A stretch of 64,000 nt of DNA from Longimicrobiales bacterium (GTDB lineage: Bacteria > Gemmatimonadota > Gemmatimonadetes > Longimicrobiales > Gaopeijiaceae): NCBI GenBank assembly GCA_965249725.1, contig CBDFMQ010000002.1, positions 1,600,001 to 1,664,000 of the forward strand. The letters run 5' to 3'. The stretch's first letter is position 1. Every line of letters begins with the position of its first letter. A program made the position numbers and the translations under genes. This document shows positions 17,760-27,481 of the stretch, piece after piece. Below the pieces are notes generated by a model that saw nothing but the letters and a program-made list of their open reading frames with translations, ran no database searches and was not told the origin of the DNA.

Positions 17760-18856
17760 TCCCCGTCGCCCCGAAGGCGCTCTTCCTGATCCGCGAGGCG
17801 CAGAGCCTCGATCACATCGCTCAGGTCGCCATCCAGTACCTGAGCCAGATTGTGGACGGTGAGCTTGATCCGGTGATCGGTCACGCGGCTCTGGGGAAAG
17901 TTGTAGGTACGGATCTTCGCAGATCGGTCCCCAGTCCCCACCTGAGCACGTCGTTCTCTCGATCTCTCGGCCTCCTGCTCAGCGATCTTCTGGTCCAGCA
18001 GACGGCTCCTCAGGACCTTGAGCGCCTTCGCCTTGTTCTTGTGCTGAGACTTTTCGTCCTGCTGCGACACGACGAGCCCGGACGGCACGTGCGTGATGCG
18101 CACCGCCGAGTCCGTCGTGTTCACGGACTGGCCACCGGGTCCCGAGGAACGGAATACGTCGATCCGCAGGTCCTTCGGATCGATCTCCAGATCGACCTCT
18201 TCGGCCTCCGGCAGCACGGCCACCGTCGCCGCCGACGTGTGGATCCTGCCCTGGCTCTCGGTCTCCGGAACGCGCTGCACCCGGTGCACTCCGGACTCGA
18301 AGCGGAGACGTCCGTACACGCCCTTCCCACGCACCGTGAAGATGGCCTCTTTGATCGACCCAGGGATGCCCTCAGAGAGGTTCATGAGCTCGACACTCCA
18401 CCCCTCGCGCTCCGCGGCTCTCTTGTACATGCGGAAGAGATCGTGGGCAAACAGCCCGGCCTCGTCGCCTCCGGTCCCGGCGCGTATCTCCACGACGGCA
18501 GCGCGGTCATCCAGCGGGTCCTTCGGAATGAGGAGCTTCTTCGCCTCGCCTTCCAGCTTCTGGAGCTGCTCCTCGAGGGACGCGATCTCGTCCTCGGCCA
18601 TGGAGCGCATCTCTGGATCGTCCGTCTCTGCAAGCAACTCCCGGGCGCCCTCGTGCTCGTCCAACAGGCCCAGCAGTTGATCAGCGACCTGGACCACCGG
18701 CTCGAGCTCGGCTCGCTCTTTGCCGAGTTCACGGAGTCGATCCAGGTTTTGGACGACCCCGGGGTCGGCCAACTCGGTGTCCACGTCACGGAAACGTCCC
18801 TGAGCTTCACGGAGACGCTCGAGAAGCCGCTCGTCGACTCCTCCGGGGTTACCCAT
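17756..18856 (-). CDS. prfA: Peptide chain release factor 1
   Basis: [17 protein letters not shown] (PxT), [24 protein letters not shown]. Confidence 0.98.
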   Translation of the reverse strand: MGNPGGVDERLLERLREAQGRFRDVDTELADPGVVQNLDRLRELGKERAELEPVVQVADQLLGLLDEHEGARELLAETDDPEMRSMAEDEIASLEEQLQKLEGEAKKLLIPKDPLDDRAAVVEIRAGTGGDEAGLFAHDLFRMYKRAAEREGWSVELMNLSEGIPGSIKEAIFTVRGKGVYGRLRFESGVHRVQRVPETESQGRIHTSAATVAVLPEAEEVDLEIDPKDLRIDVFRSSGPGGQSVNTTDSAVRITHVPSGLVVSQQDEKSQHKNKAKALKVLRSRLLDQKIAEQEAERSRERRAQVGTGDRSAKIRTYNFPQSRVTDHRIKLTVHNLAQVLDGDLSDVIEALRLADQEERLRGDGE

Positions 18857-18880
18857 ATGCGAACCGGACCTGGTTTCGTC

Positions 18881-19087
18881 CTACTTGCTGGCCTTCTCGT
18901 ACTTCTTCTTGAAGCGCTCGACCCGTCCAGCCGTGTCGACCAGGCGCTGCTTGCCCGTATAGAACGGGTGGCACACGGAGCAGATGTCGGTGTGGACCTC
19001 GGCCTGCGTGGCCTTGGTCTCGAACGTGTGCCCACACGAGCAGGTCACCATCGCCTGCACGTATTCAGGGTGGATACCCTCTTTCAT
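18881..19087 (-). CDS. rpmE: 50S ribosomal protein L31 (Zn-binding type)
   Basis: [31 protein letters not shown]. Confidence 0.98.
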   Translation of the reverse strand: MKEGIHPEYVQAMVTCSCGHTFETKATQAEVHTDICSVCHPFYTGKQRLVDTAGRVERFKKKYEKASK

Positions 19088-19199
19088 GATCCATCTCCGA
19101 TATTCAACAGAAAGCGGTCCGGGGAATCTCGGCGAAAACCGTGCCGGGTGCCCGACGAGAACGCCTCGCGGGAATCCGCGCCCGCTCTTTAGCCTGGGG

Positions 19200-19228
19200 A
19201 ATATAGAAATGTGGTCAAGTCAGTTCAA
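19200..19228 (-). promoter_or_regulatory. Putative sigma70 promoter TTGAAC-N17-TATATT for rpmE-prfA-prmC
   Basis: Near-consensus hexamers, 17-nt spacing, in an AT-rich patch. Confidence 0.6.
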
Positions 19229-20853
19229 GCACGTGAGCGATTACGGCCTGAACCTGCCAAGAGTAGCAGCGTCAGAACCACCGACAGGGGGCCGACGATG
19301 TCTCCAGTGCGGGTGTAGAGCGTGGTGACGTCGCTCGTGTGGAGCGTGGCCGCTCGCACCGCGGGGTTGAAGAGTTCCGTCTGATCGTGGATCCGTCCTC
19401 GAGGATCGACGAACAGAGAGATGCCCGTGTTCGCTGCCCGGGCGACGCCGACCCGATTCTCGATGGCGCGCATGACCAGGTGGGCCGGGTGCTGCCAAAG
19501 CGCGCCCGTTCGGGAATACCATGGCTGCCGTCCGAACCACGCGTCGTTCGTGATGTTCACCAGGATGTCGGCACCCGCGAGGCGGAACTGTCGGACGTGC
19601 GAGGCGAAGGCGGACTCGACGCAGATCAGCGTTCCGAACCGCACACCGCTGCGGGTCTGGCCGAGCGGCCAATCACTGCCTCGTCCGTACTGGCCGAAGA
19701 CCTGCCTGCTCGCCACCCACGCCACGGGCACGAAGGGGACCCGCTCCACCAGGGGCACCAGTCGGTGCTTGTCGTATCGGAAGTCGCTGAGGGTGCCATC
19801 GGCTGCGGTGAGGTACGCCGAATTGAACGGCACCGACCCATGGGTGCCCTCCGTGCCTTGGCCGATCGCACCGAACAGCACGGGAGCACCCCACCGCCTC
19901 GCCGCCCCCTCGACACGCATAAGGAGCTCATCGTCCGCTTCGATGCGCGCCAGGATCGTCGCCTCGGGCCAGATGACGAGTTCGGGGGCCGGCTCTCCGA
20001 GCCCTTCGGGCGCATCCTCGCCGGCCGCACCGGGAGCCAGCCTCGAGAGCGCGGCCAGCGTGCTGTCGATCGTGCTCGCGGGATCGAGCCGGACCGGCTG
20101 GGCGACGTTGGGCTGCACCACGACCACCTCCCCGACGGATCGAACAGGTAGGGCAACGGCCCGTCGGTAGCCCCACCAGGCCGGCACAGCCAGCACCACG
20201 GTGAACGTTACCGCCCACCGCACCGCCCACCGCACCGCCCACGGCCACGCCCTCCGCGGTCCTTGCTCGCCGCGAGCCGAAAGGACCGCCTCGGCCACCA
20301 GTCCGTTCAGGAGGGCCAGCCAGAACGTGATCCCCCGAGCCCCCACGAGCTCGGCGAATCCCACCAGCTCGGGGTAGCCCGTCAGCGACGTTCCCAGACC
20401 CAGCCAGGGTAGTGCCACGCCGCCGGGGGCATGAGCCCGCAGCCACTCGAGGGCCGTCCACGCCAGGGGAAGGGCGAGCCACAGAGGCACACCGCCGCGG
20501 CATACCATGCGGTGGAGCGCCCACCCGAACGCCCCCGCGCAGACCGCGAGCGCCGCGACCACCGCCAGGTACGCCGGAATCGCCCACCACGTGAACCAGA
20601 TGAGGGCCAGAGCGATCCAGTGGAAGAGAAGCCCGAAGTACAGGAATCCGAACCAGGCTCCCCCTTTGAACGCATCCCCCGGCCCGCTTGCGGCGTCAGC
20701 CGCGTCGCCAGGACCACCTCGATCCACGATCCAGACCGCGAGCGGGACCAGGCCGACGAAGGACGGGATCAGGAAGTGGAACGGCGGAAACGCGCTGGCG
20801 AGAAGTACCGCTGAGACGGCGGGGACCAGCCGGTCCCCGGGCTTCGGAATCAT
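19225..20853 (-). CDS. lnt: Apolipoprotein N-acyltransferase Lnt
   Basis: N-terminal TMs, VQPN, WPE (Glu), YDKHRLVP (Lys), LICVES (Cys), NITNDAWFG, RAIENR..RAANTGIS. Confidence 0.93.
   Translation of the reverse strand: MIPKPGDRLVPAVSAVLLASAFPPFHFLIPSFVGLVPLAVWIVDRGGPGDAADAASGPGDAFKGGAWFGFLYFGLLFHWIALALIWFTWWAIPAYLAVVAALAVCAGAFGWALHRMVCRGGVPLWLALPLAWTALEWLRAHAPGGVALPWLGLGTSLTGYPELVGFAELVGARGITFWLALLNGLVAEAVLSARGEQGPRRAWPWAVRWAVRWAVTFTVVLAVPAWWGYRRAVALPVRSVGEVVVVQPNVAQPVRLDPASTIDSTLAALSRLAPGAAGEDAPEGLGEPAPELVIWPEATILARIEADDELLMRVEGAARRWGAPVLFGAIGQGTEGTHGSVPFNSAYLTAADGTLSDFRYDKHRLVPLVERVPFVPVAWVASRQVFGQYGRGSDWPLGQTRSGVRFGTLICVESAFASHVRQFRLAGADILVNITNDAWFGRQPWYSRTGALWQHPAHLVMRAIENRVGVARAANTGISLFVDPRGRIHDQTELFNPAVRAATLHTSDVTTLYTRTGDIVGPLSVVLTLLLLAGSGRNRSRA
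20210..20245. repeat. 12-bp tandem repeat ACCGCCCACCGC x3 in lnt (WAVR)
   Basis: Two perfect units plus one with a single mismatch. Confidence 0.85.
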
Positions 20854-22166
20854 CCCCCGGCCGGCGGCCACGCCTCAAGCACACCCCACGCGAGCCCCAA
20901 ATGGGCGGGCAGCGTGAGCGCCAGAATCTCCCCGTTGATCTGGTCGAGGCCCGGCAGTACCTGCAACACGAAGCCGGCCATCGCCATGCCGGCAACGGTG
21001 ATCGCTGCGAGCCTCGTCCAGCCGCTCCGACCCTTCCCGACGACGGACAGGATCATCAGAACAGCCAACACCAGCGAGACGGGCTGGGCCTGAAACGCAT
21101 TCTCGTTCAGACCCCAGAAGAAGTGATCCGTGTAGAACCACGAGAGAATCAACGCCGAACCCAGGAGTCCCACGATCAGGCTCCACCCGCCTCCGGCGAG
21201 TGCGAGAAGCCAAGCCGCCCACCGCCTGCCTTTCCCGGCCGTGCGTCCTGCTGCTGCAAACAGCCCCCCGAGCACGGCGCCGGCCAACAGGAACCCGAAG
21301 AGCATGTTAGGCGCGCTACTCGGGACGGGCTCCTGCCGAGCGTCCACCACCTGCACGGCGGCTCCGAGGAGCGGCGCTTCGGCGCCGTCCGGCGTATCGA
21401 TGACAATCTCGCCAAGGTGGCTCTGGAGGGGCAGCGGCAGGAACATCTCGTCCCAAACCGATATGGGCTCGTCCCCCCGGTTGCCCACGACGAACTGGAT
21501 GCCCGCGTAGGCCGCCAGCACCGGCTCCAGAAGCCGGGCGGTATGCCAACGGTAGGTCGCGTCTGCCTCCAGGCCCTCGGTCGACTCCCGTATCTGCCCG
21601 TCCAGAACCAGGTCGAGGGCATCGCGGACGCGAGTGGAGCAGTTGTCCCGGTAGTAGTCGTACCGGTAGTAGCGATTGGCCTCGGTGTCGGTCTCGCGAA
21701 TATGCGACTGGAGCTCGAGCCGTTGCCCGGGGGTCAGGTTGACCCGCTGCATCCAGACGCTGCGATTCGCCCGCCGATAGACCTCGATCATGTCGACCGA
21801 GCGATACCCGGCCATCCAGTAGCGCATGCGACCCCGCGCCAGGCGCGTAATGAAGTCGGACTGGCTGAAGTCGAACATGCCCCAGTTGTAGGCGATCTCG
21901 GTCCCAGCGAAGTCATCCCGGATGACCAGCGCGTTGTGGCTGAATCGCTCCCAGATGGCTTCGCCCGGTCCCATAGTCATCAGGAAGACCTCGAGGTGGG
22001 AACCCGGTGCGGCGCTCATGGAGTCGCCGGGCGGCGGAGCGACCTGAGCCGACACGGCCGTCCAGGAGCCGACGATGCACACGGCGGCGAACACGGAGGC
22101 GCCCACCACCACTCCAAGGAGAGCCAGCCTCGTCCCTAGGAGACGCCGAGGTCCCTCAGCCTTCAC
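20850..22166 (-). CDS. DUF4105 / Lnb-like membrane protein
   Basis: Signal peptide; periplasmic domain with FSHNAL, YNWGMFDF, YRYDYYRDNCSTRVRD, MFLP; several C-terminal TM helices. Confidence 0.8.
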   Translation of the reverse strand: MKAEGPRRLLGTRLALLGVVVGASVFAAVCIVGSWTAVSAQVAPPPGDSMSAAPGSHLEVFLMTMGPGEAIWERFSHNALVIRDDFAGTEIAYNWGMFDFSQSDFITRLARGRMRYWMAGYRSVDMIEVYRRANRSVWMQRVNLTPGQRLELQSHIRETDTEANRYYRYDYYRDNCSTRVRDALDLVLDGQIRESTEGLEADATYRWHTARLLEPVLAAYAGIQFVVGNRGDEPISVWDEMFLPLPLQSHLGEIVIDTPDGAEAPLLGAAVQVVDARQEPVPSSAPNMLFGFLLAGAVLGGLFAAAGRTAGKGRRWAAWLLALAGGGWSLIVGLLGSALILSWFYTDHFFWGLNENAFQAQPVSLVLAVLMILSVVGKGRSGWTRLAAITVAGMAMAGFVLQVLPGLDQINGEILALTLPAHLGLAWGVLEAWPPAGG

Positions 22167-23181
22167 CGAGCCCTACCTCCCGCCCCAACTCCGCGGAGCG
22201 GTACGCTGCCTGCATCACCTCCATCAGGTGTACCTGCTCCGTCGGGGGAGGCATATCGCCCTCTCCGGCGGCCGCCCGAACGAAGCGATCGAGGAGGCGA
22301 CGGTAGGCGTTGGTGAACGGGTTCTCCCCGCCCCGGGGCTTGGGCTGACGCGGTGTCACGTCCCTCGGACGGTCTCCGAACTGCTTCTGGATCTCCAACG
22401 GCGGCATCGATCCGGATCCGTCGGTACCCATGACCCGGGCATAGTGGCGATCGGCATCGGCGAAGAGGCCCCAGCTCACATCCACGCTGAAGACCATGCC
22501 GGACTCTGCTACGGCGAAGAGAGTCGCGGCGTCCTCCACAGAATCGTCGTCCCCCCGGAGCACCGCGGAGACCCGGGTGATCCGGGGATAGCCCACCACC
22601 CAGAACGCTAGATCGAGGATCTGCACCCCGAGATCCATCAACGCTCCACCCCCCTGGTCCGCGGTCTGGCGCCACGTCGAACGCACCGACGGGGTCTTCC
22701 GCGTCAGCGAGCTCGCTCGTACCGCATAGATCTCACCCAACTCACCCCCGGCCACGAAGGAGGCCAGGGCACCCACGTCGGGGCGGTACCGGTGGTTCAT
22801 CCCGACGGCCAGGCAGCGGCCCGCCGCGCTCGCCGCGTCGAGCACCCTCTGCACTCCCTCCGGAGTGAGCGCCAGAGGCCTCTCAACGAGAACGTGCTTC
22901 CCCGCCTCGAGGGCCGCGATCGCGAGTGACTCGTGTAGGTGGTTGGGTGTGCAGATCACCGCCGCCTGGACATCGTCGTCCTGGATCAACTCCTGGTCCG
23001 ACAGCACCCTGGGAACCCCGAAACGGCTGGCGATCGTCTCGGCCTTTGGAGTATCGGAGTCGGCGACCGCGACCACCGTGGCGTCCTCCCGTTCCGAGAG
23101 GATAGGGAGGTGGACGATCTGGCTGATCGCCCCCATCCCCAGGACTCCGACCCGCATCGGATCGCGGTCCGGCGCGGACAT
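22156..23181 (-). CDS. Gfo/Idh/MocA family oxidoreductase
   Basis: GVLGMGAI, ICTPNHLH, GKHVLVERP, GGGALMDLGVQ. Confidence 0.88.
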   Translation of the reverse strand: MSAPDRDPMRVGVLGMGAISQIVHLPILSEREDATVVAVADSDTPKAETIASRFGVPRVLSDQELIQDDDVQAAVICTPNHLHESLAIAALEAGKHVLVERPLALTPEGVQRVLDAASAAGRCLAVGMNHRYRPDVGALASFVAGGELGEIYAVRASSLTRKTPSVRSTWRQTADQGGGALMDLGVQILDLAFWVVGYPRITRVSAVLRGDDDSVEDAATLFAVAESGMVFSVDVSWGLFADADRHYARVMGTDGSGSMPPLEIQKQFGDRPRDVTPRQPKPRGGENPFTNAYRRLLDRFVRAAAGEGDMPPPTEQVHLMEVMQAAYRSAELGREVGLGEG

Positions 23182-23855
23182 CAGCTGCCCTCCCCCGAGA
23201 CCAGGTCGCCCCAGATGTAGCTCAGGCCGAACCGGAGCTCGACGTAGCGGAGGTCACCCAGGATCTCCAGCTTGCTGCCTCCGTACGCCCGAAAGCGCTC
23301 CGTCATGGGGTATTCCAAGCCCCCATGAACGTTGAAGCCAGCGGATACCGAATCCAGCAGGTCCTCTACGAACGTGCCGTTCACGGCGGGGCCGGATCCG
23401 TTCAGGAAGTGGCCCGACACGCCCACACCGGTCCACAGGAAGAGGTCCATGGGAACCGACCACATGTAGTGCCCGTCCAGGCTGAAGACGATATCGTCCC
23501 GGTCGATGACCCCCAGGTTGAACCCGCCGGGTGGTGGGCTGCCTCCTTGGGCAACGTTGAGTGCTCCGAGCCGTGTCTCGAAGTCCGTGACTTCGTCCTG
23601 AGCCATACGCGAGGTCCAGTAGGCCACGCCCGGTACGATCCTGAAGCCCGGTCCGAGGAACCCCAAGTCGAACCGGAGACCGAAGATCTCCGTGTTCTCT
23701 ACGTTGTTCGCGAAGATGTAACCGCCCTCGAACAGGACCCCGCGGAACGAGAGGTTCGCATAGTCGTAGTCGGCCAACTCCTGACTACGGGCGCCCGTGG
23801 GCGCGAGGATCACCGCTGCTGCCAACGCCGACTTCCACATCGTTGCCGTCCTCAT
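23181..23855 (-). CDS. Exported protein, probable small outer-membrane beta-barrel
   Basis: SD GGAGGTG before MRTATMWK; signal peptide; alternating beta pattern ending LRFGLSYIW. Confidence 0.65.
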   Translation of the reverse strand: MRTATMWKSALAAAVILAPTGARSQELADYDYANLSFRGVLFEGGYIFANNVENTEIFGLRFDLGFLGPGFRIVPGVAYWTSRMAQDEVTDFETRLGALNVAQGGSPPPGGFNLGVIDRDDIVFSLDGHYMWSVPMDLFLWTGVGVSGHFLNGSGPAVNGTFVEDLLDSVSAGFNVHGGLEYPMTERFRAYGGSKLEILGDLRYVELRFGLSYIWGDLVSGEGS

Positions 23856-23914
23856 CCGAACCTCACCTCCATGTCGCAGCGTTTGCTCTTGAAGCGTGTG
23901 TACGTGACTCACGA

Positions 23915-25198
23915 TCAGCCGACCTCCAACGCCGCCTCACGAACCGCTTGGAGCGTCTCATTGATGACGTCCGGCGTGTGGGCGGTGGATACGAAGCCGG
24001 CCTCGAACGGCGATGGAGCAAGAAACACACCCCGATCCAGGCATGCCCGGTGAAAGCGTTGGAACCTGTCCGTATCCGCCCCCTGGGCGTCCTCGAAGGA
24101 ATGGACGGGACCCTTCCGGAAGAAGACGCCCCACATGGACCCGACCGAGCTTCCCGACGCGGGGATCCCCGCTTCCTCGAGCGCGGAGACGATCCCCGTC
24201 GAGAGACGGCTCGCTGCGGCCTCCAGCTCCGGGAACGGGTCATGCGTCTCGAGATACCCGAGCTGGGCATCACCCGCGGCGGTGGCCAGCGGGTTGCCGG
24301 ACAAGGTACCGGCCTGATAGACAGGTCCGGCCGGGGCCACCTGCTCCATGACGTCGCGACGGCCCCCGAACGCACCGACGGGCAGTCCGCCCCCGATGAC
24401 CTTGCCGAGGGTGGTCAGGTCCGGCACGACCCCGTAGCGCTCCTGCGCCCCCCCAAGTGCGACCCGGAAGCCGGTCATGACCTCGTCGAAGACGAGTAGA
24501 GCACCGTACCGCTCGGTAGTCGCTCGCAGCCCCTCCAGGAACCCCTCAACCGGAGGGATCAGACCCGAGTTCCCCACGACCGGCTCCACGAACACGCTGG
24601 AGATCTCTTCACCTCGCGCCGCGAAGAGCTCTTCTACGGCGGCGAGGTCATTGAAGGGAAGAACCGCCGTCTGAGACGCAGCCGCCTCGGGGACTCCGGG
24701 CGAGTTGGGCAACCCCAGAGTCGCCACGCCGCTGCCCGCGGCCACCAAGAACGCGTCGGCATGGCCGTGATAGCATCCCGTGAACTTCAGCATTACGTCG
24801 CGGCCCGTGGCCGCCCTGGCCAGGCGCAGCGCGCTCATGGTGGCTTCCGTACCGCTGTTCACGAGGCGTACCATCTCCACGCCCGGCACCAGGCGTACGA
24901 TCCGCTCGGCCAGTTCGACTTCGGCGACCGTGGGAGCCCCGTAGGACGTGCCACGATGAAGCTGGCCGGCCACGGCTTCCATCACCACGGGGTGGGCGTG
25001 TCCCAGAATGAGAGGCCCCCAACTCAGCACGTAGTCCGTGTAGCGATTCCCCTCCGTATCGTACAGATAGGGCCCCTCACCTCGCTCCACGAAGAACGGC
25101 GTGCTCCCCACCGAGCGGAAGGACCGGACGGGTGAGTTCACGCCCCCGGGAATCAACTCCTGGGCTCGGCGCCAGATCGCTTCGGAATCACCGGTCAT
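23915..25198 (-). CDS. hemL: Glutamate-1-semialdehyde 2,1-aminomutase
   Basis: IPGGVNSPVR, NSGTEAT, GCYHGH, FDEVMTGFR, LGKVIGGG, YQAGTLSGNP. Confidence 0.97.
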   Translation of the reverse strand: MTGDSEAIWRRAQELIPGGVNSPVRSFRSVGSTPFFVERGEGPYLYDTEGNRYTDYVLSWGPLILGHAHPVVMEAVAGQLHRGTSYGAPTVAEVELAERIVRLVPGVEMVRLVNSGTEATMSALRLARAATGRDVMLKFTGCYHGHADAFLVAAGSGVATLGLPNSPGVPEAAASQTAVLPFNDLAAVEELFAARGEEISSVFVEPVVGNSGLIPPVEGFLEGLRATTERYGALLVFDEVMTGFRVALGGAQERYGVVPDLTTLGKVIGGGLPVGAFGGRRDVMEQVAPAGPVYQAGTLSGNPLATAAGDAQLGYLETHDPFPELEAAASRLSTGIVSALEEAGIPASGSSVGSMWGVFFRKGPVHSFEDAQGADTDRFQRFHRACLDRGVFLAPSPFEAGFVSTAHTPDVINETLQAVREAALEVG

Positions 25199-26673
25199 GA
25201 TCTCACAATCCGGCCGATGAGGTCGTACTCCAGCGCATCGACGATCTCAACGGTGGCAAACTCGCCCGGGGTCAGGCCGGAGTCCGGGTACAGATGGGTG
25301 ACTCCGTCCACGTCTACCGCCTGCCCCACCGTACGAGCGACGCCCACCGGTCGGCCCTCCGCGGCCTCGCCCAGCGGGCCCGGATCGTCCACGACCTCGT
25401 CGATGAGAGCCTGTATCCGGCGACCTACCAGTTCGGCGTTCCGTTCCGTGGAGATCATGCGCTGAAGATCCATCAGCTCTTCGAGCCTCTCTCTCATGAG
25501 GGACTGGGGCACCTGATCGGGCATGTCGGCGGCCGGTGTCCCGTCCTCCACGGAGTACGTGAACGCCCCGACCCGATCGAAGCGCACCTCCTCCAACAGA
25601 TCCAGCATCTCCCGGAAGTCGTCATCGGTCTCACCGGGGAATCCGACGATGACGGTGGTGCGAAGCGTGAGGTCCGGTATCCCGTCCCGGAGCCAGGCGA
25701 CACGTTCTCGGATCACGCTCTGACGCTCCGGTCTCCTCATCGCCTCCAGGATGCGATCGCTGCCATGCTGCAACGGCATGTCCAGGTACGGGAGGATGGC
25801 CGGTTCGGTCGCCATCAGCTCCACGAGCTCCGCCGTGATCCCGGAGGGGTACATGTAGAACAGGCGGTACCACGGCACGTCGGTCTCTTGGACCAACGCC
25901 CGCAGCAGACCCGGCAGGAGCGGAGACGATCGATCCTTCCTCCACAGGTCCCGCCCGTACCAGGTCGTGTCCTGGGAGATGATGTTGAGTTCCTTCACGC
26001 CCTGCCGGCTCAGAGCTTGAGCCTCGGTGACCAGGTTCTCGAGCGGGGCCGAGCGGTGAAGTCCCCGGAAGCTCGGAATCGCACAGAAGGCGCAGGTGTG
26101 GTCACACCCCTCGCTGATCTTGAGGAACGAGGTGTGCGGAGTCTCGATCGACAGCACGCGGAGCGGTCGCTCCATGTTGGGCACGACGTCGACCTCCTCG
26201 AGAAGCAGGCCACGGTCCCGCAACTCGGGGACCAGCGACGCCATCTCCGTGAGGCCCAGGAAGAGATCCACCTCGGGCATCTCCGCCTGAAGCTCCTCCT
26301 TGTAGCGCTGGACCATACACCCCACGGCCACCACGGCCTGAACCTGGCCCTCTTCCTTGAGCTGGCACGCATCGAGAATGGTCTCGATCGATTGCTCCTT
26401 GGCCGCCTCGATGAAGCCACAGGTGTTCACGACGACGACGTCGGCGCCCTCCACGTCGGACGAGACGCGTGCCCCGTGACCCAGCAGGGCCGCCATCATC
26501 TTCTCGGAGTCCACGGTGTTCTTGTCGCAGCCCAGGGTGACGAGCCCGATTCGGGGGCCGTCCTCGGGTCCCACCGGGTCGATGTCCAAGCGCACGGCCT
26601 CGACGTCGGGCGCGACATCGGACCGGACCGGATCCGGCGACAGAGGGAAGACCGGCAGATCCCTGGTTTTCAT
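25195..26673 (-). CDS. rimO: Ribosomal protein S12 methylthiotransferase RimO
   Basis: TLGCDKNTVDSE, NTCGFI, ISEGCDHTCAFCAIP, TRAM domain. Confidence 0.95.
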   Translation of the reverse strand: MKTRDLPVFPLSPDPVRSDVAPDVEAVRLDIDPVGPEDGPRIGLVTLGCDKNTVDSEKMMAALLGHGARVSSDVEGADVVVVNTCGFIEAAKEQSIETILDACQLKEEGQVQAVVAVGCMVQRYKEELQAEMPEVDLFLGLTEMASLVPELRDRGLLLEEVDVVPNMERPLRVLSIETPHTSFLKISEGCDHTCAFCAIPSFRGLHRSAPLENLVTEAQALSRQGVKELNIISQDTTWYGRDLWRKDRSSPLLPGLLRALVQETDVPWYRLFYMYPSGITAELVELMATEPAILPYLDMPLQHGSDRILEAMRRPERQSVIRERVAWLRDGIPDLTLRTTVIVGFPGETDDDFREMLDLLEEVRFDRVGAFTYSVEDGTPAADMPDQVPQSLMRERLEELMDLQRMISTERNAELVGRRIQALIDEVVDDPGPLGEAAEGRPVGVARTVGQAVDVDGVTHLYPDSGLTPGEFATVEIVDALEYDLIGRIVRS

Positions 26674-27431
26674 CGGCTCAACACCCGAGCGTCTGCGGGC
26701 GGGACGAAACGGAACTCACTGTCGGGCACCACGACATCGACGCGGATGTCCGTCAGGCGCACCCGCCGGATAGACTCGTTGGCGTCGTGGACGTCCACAC
26801 CGACGATCAGGTCGCTCTCGGCATCGATCCAGACCACCGCCGACCGGAACGCACCAGGATCTCTGGGAGTGACGGTGAGCCTGTGAGCCTGATGTGAGCC
26901 AACATCCTCCTTGCCCACGTATGTGGCATCGAACCGGCCTCTCGGATCCTCCAGGAGGTTCTTGTAGAAATTGAAGCGACCCTCGGCGCCCGCCGCCGCG
27001 AACTTCATGACCTGCTTCGCATCCATGCTCGGATAGAACGTCCACAGGAACTCTCCATCCACCACGACCAGATCGCCTTCCGGCTCGCTGAACCGCATTG
27101 AAAACTCGGCGGGCTGACGCTGGCATAGCGTACCTGCGCCCGATCGGGTCTGTCCCAGCAGGGTGACCTCGATCTCCTGATGGAAGCGGGCGCACAGCGT
27201 CTTCAGCCCCCAGTACATCTCGGACGCGGCCTCGAGCACCTCGTAGGCGCGCTCGTCCTGGGCGACCACCTCGGCCGGGGCCATCGCCATACCTCCGCCC
27301 AAGACGAGAACGGCAGGCAGCAAGAGGAGTCGACCGGCTCTCCATCGATCGCAGCGCTCGAGATCGCGGCTGCGACCCTCGAGACCGTGATCGTGACACG
27401 CGTAGTCGGGGCTGTTCCGTGGCTCCATCAT
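26670..27431 (-). CDS. lolA: Outer-membrane lipoprotein carrier LolA family (start uncertain)
   Basis: ARFHQ, VVVDGEFLWTFYP, C-terminal FRFVPPADARV; directly downstream of ftsK. Confidence 0.82.
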   Translation of the reverse strand: MMEPRNSPDYACHDHGLEGRSRDLERCDRWRAGRLLLLPAVLVLGGGMAMAPAEVVAQDERAYEVLEAASEMYWGLKTLCARFHQEIEVTLLGQTRSGAGTLCQRQPAEFSMRFSEPEGDLVVVDGEFLWTFYPSMDAKQVMKFAAAGAEGRFNFYKNLLEDPRGRFDATYVGKEDVGSHQAHRLTVTPRDPGAFRSAVVWIDAESDLIVGVDVHDANESIRRVRLTDIRVDVVVPDSEFRFVPPADARVLSR

Positions 27432-27481
27432 GAGCCGTCCATACCCGGTGGGTGTCGGCGCCGTTCCTGCGGACAGGGTCT

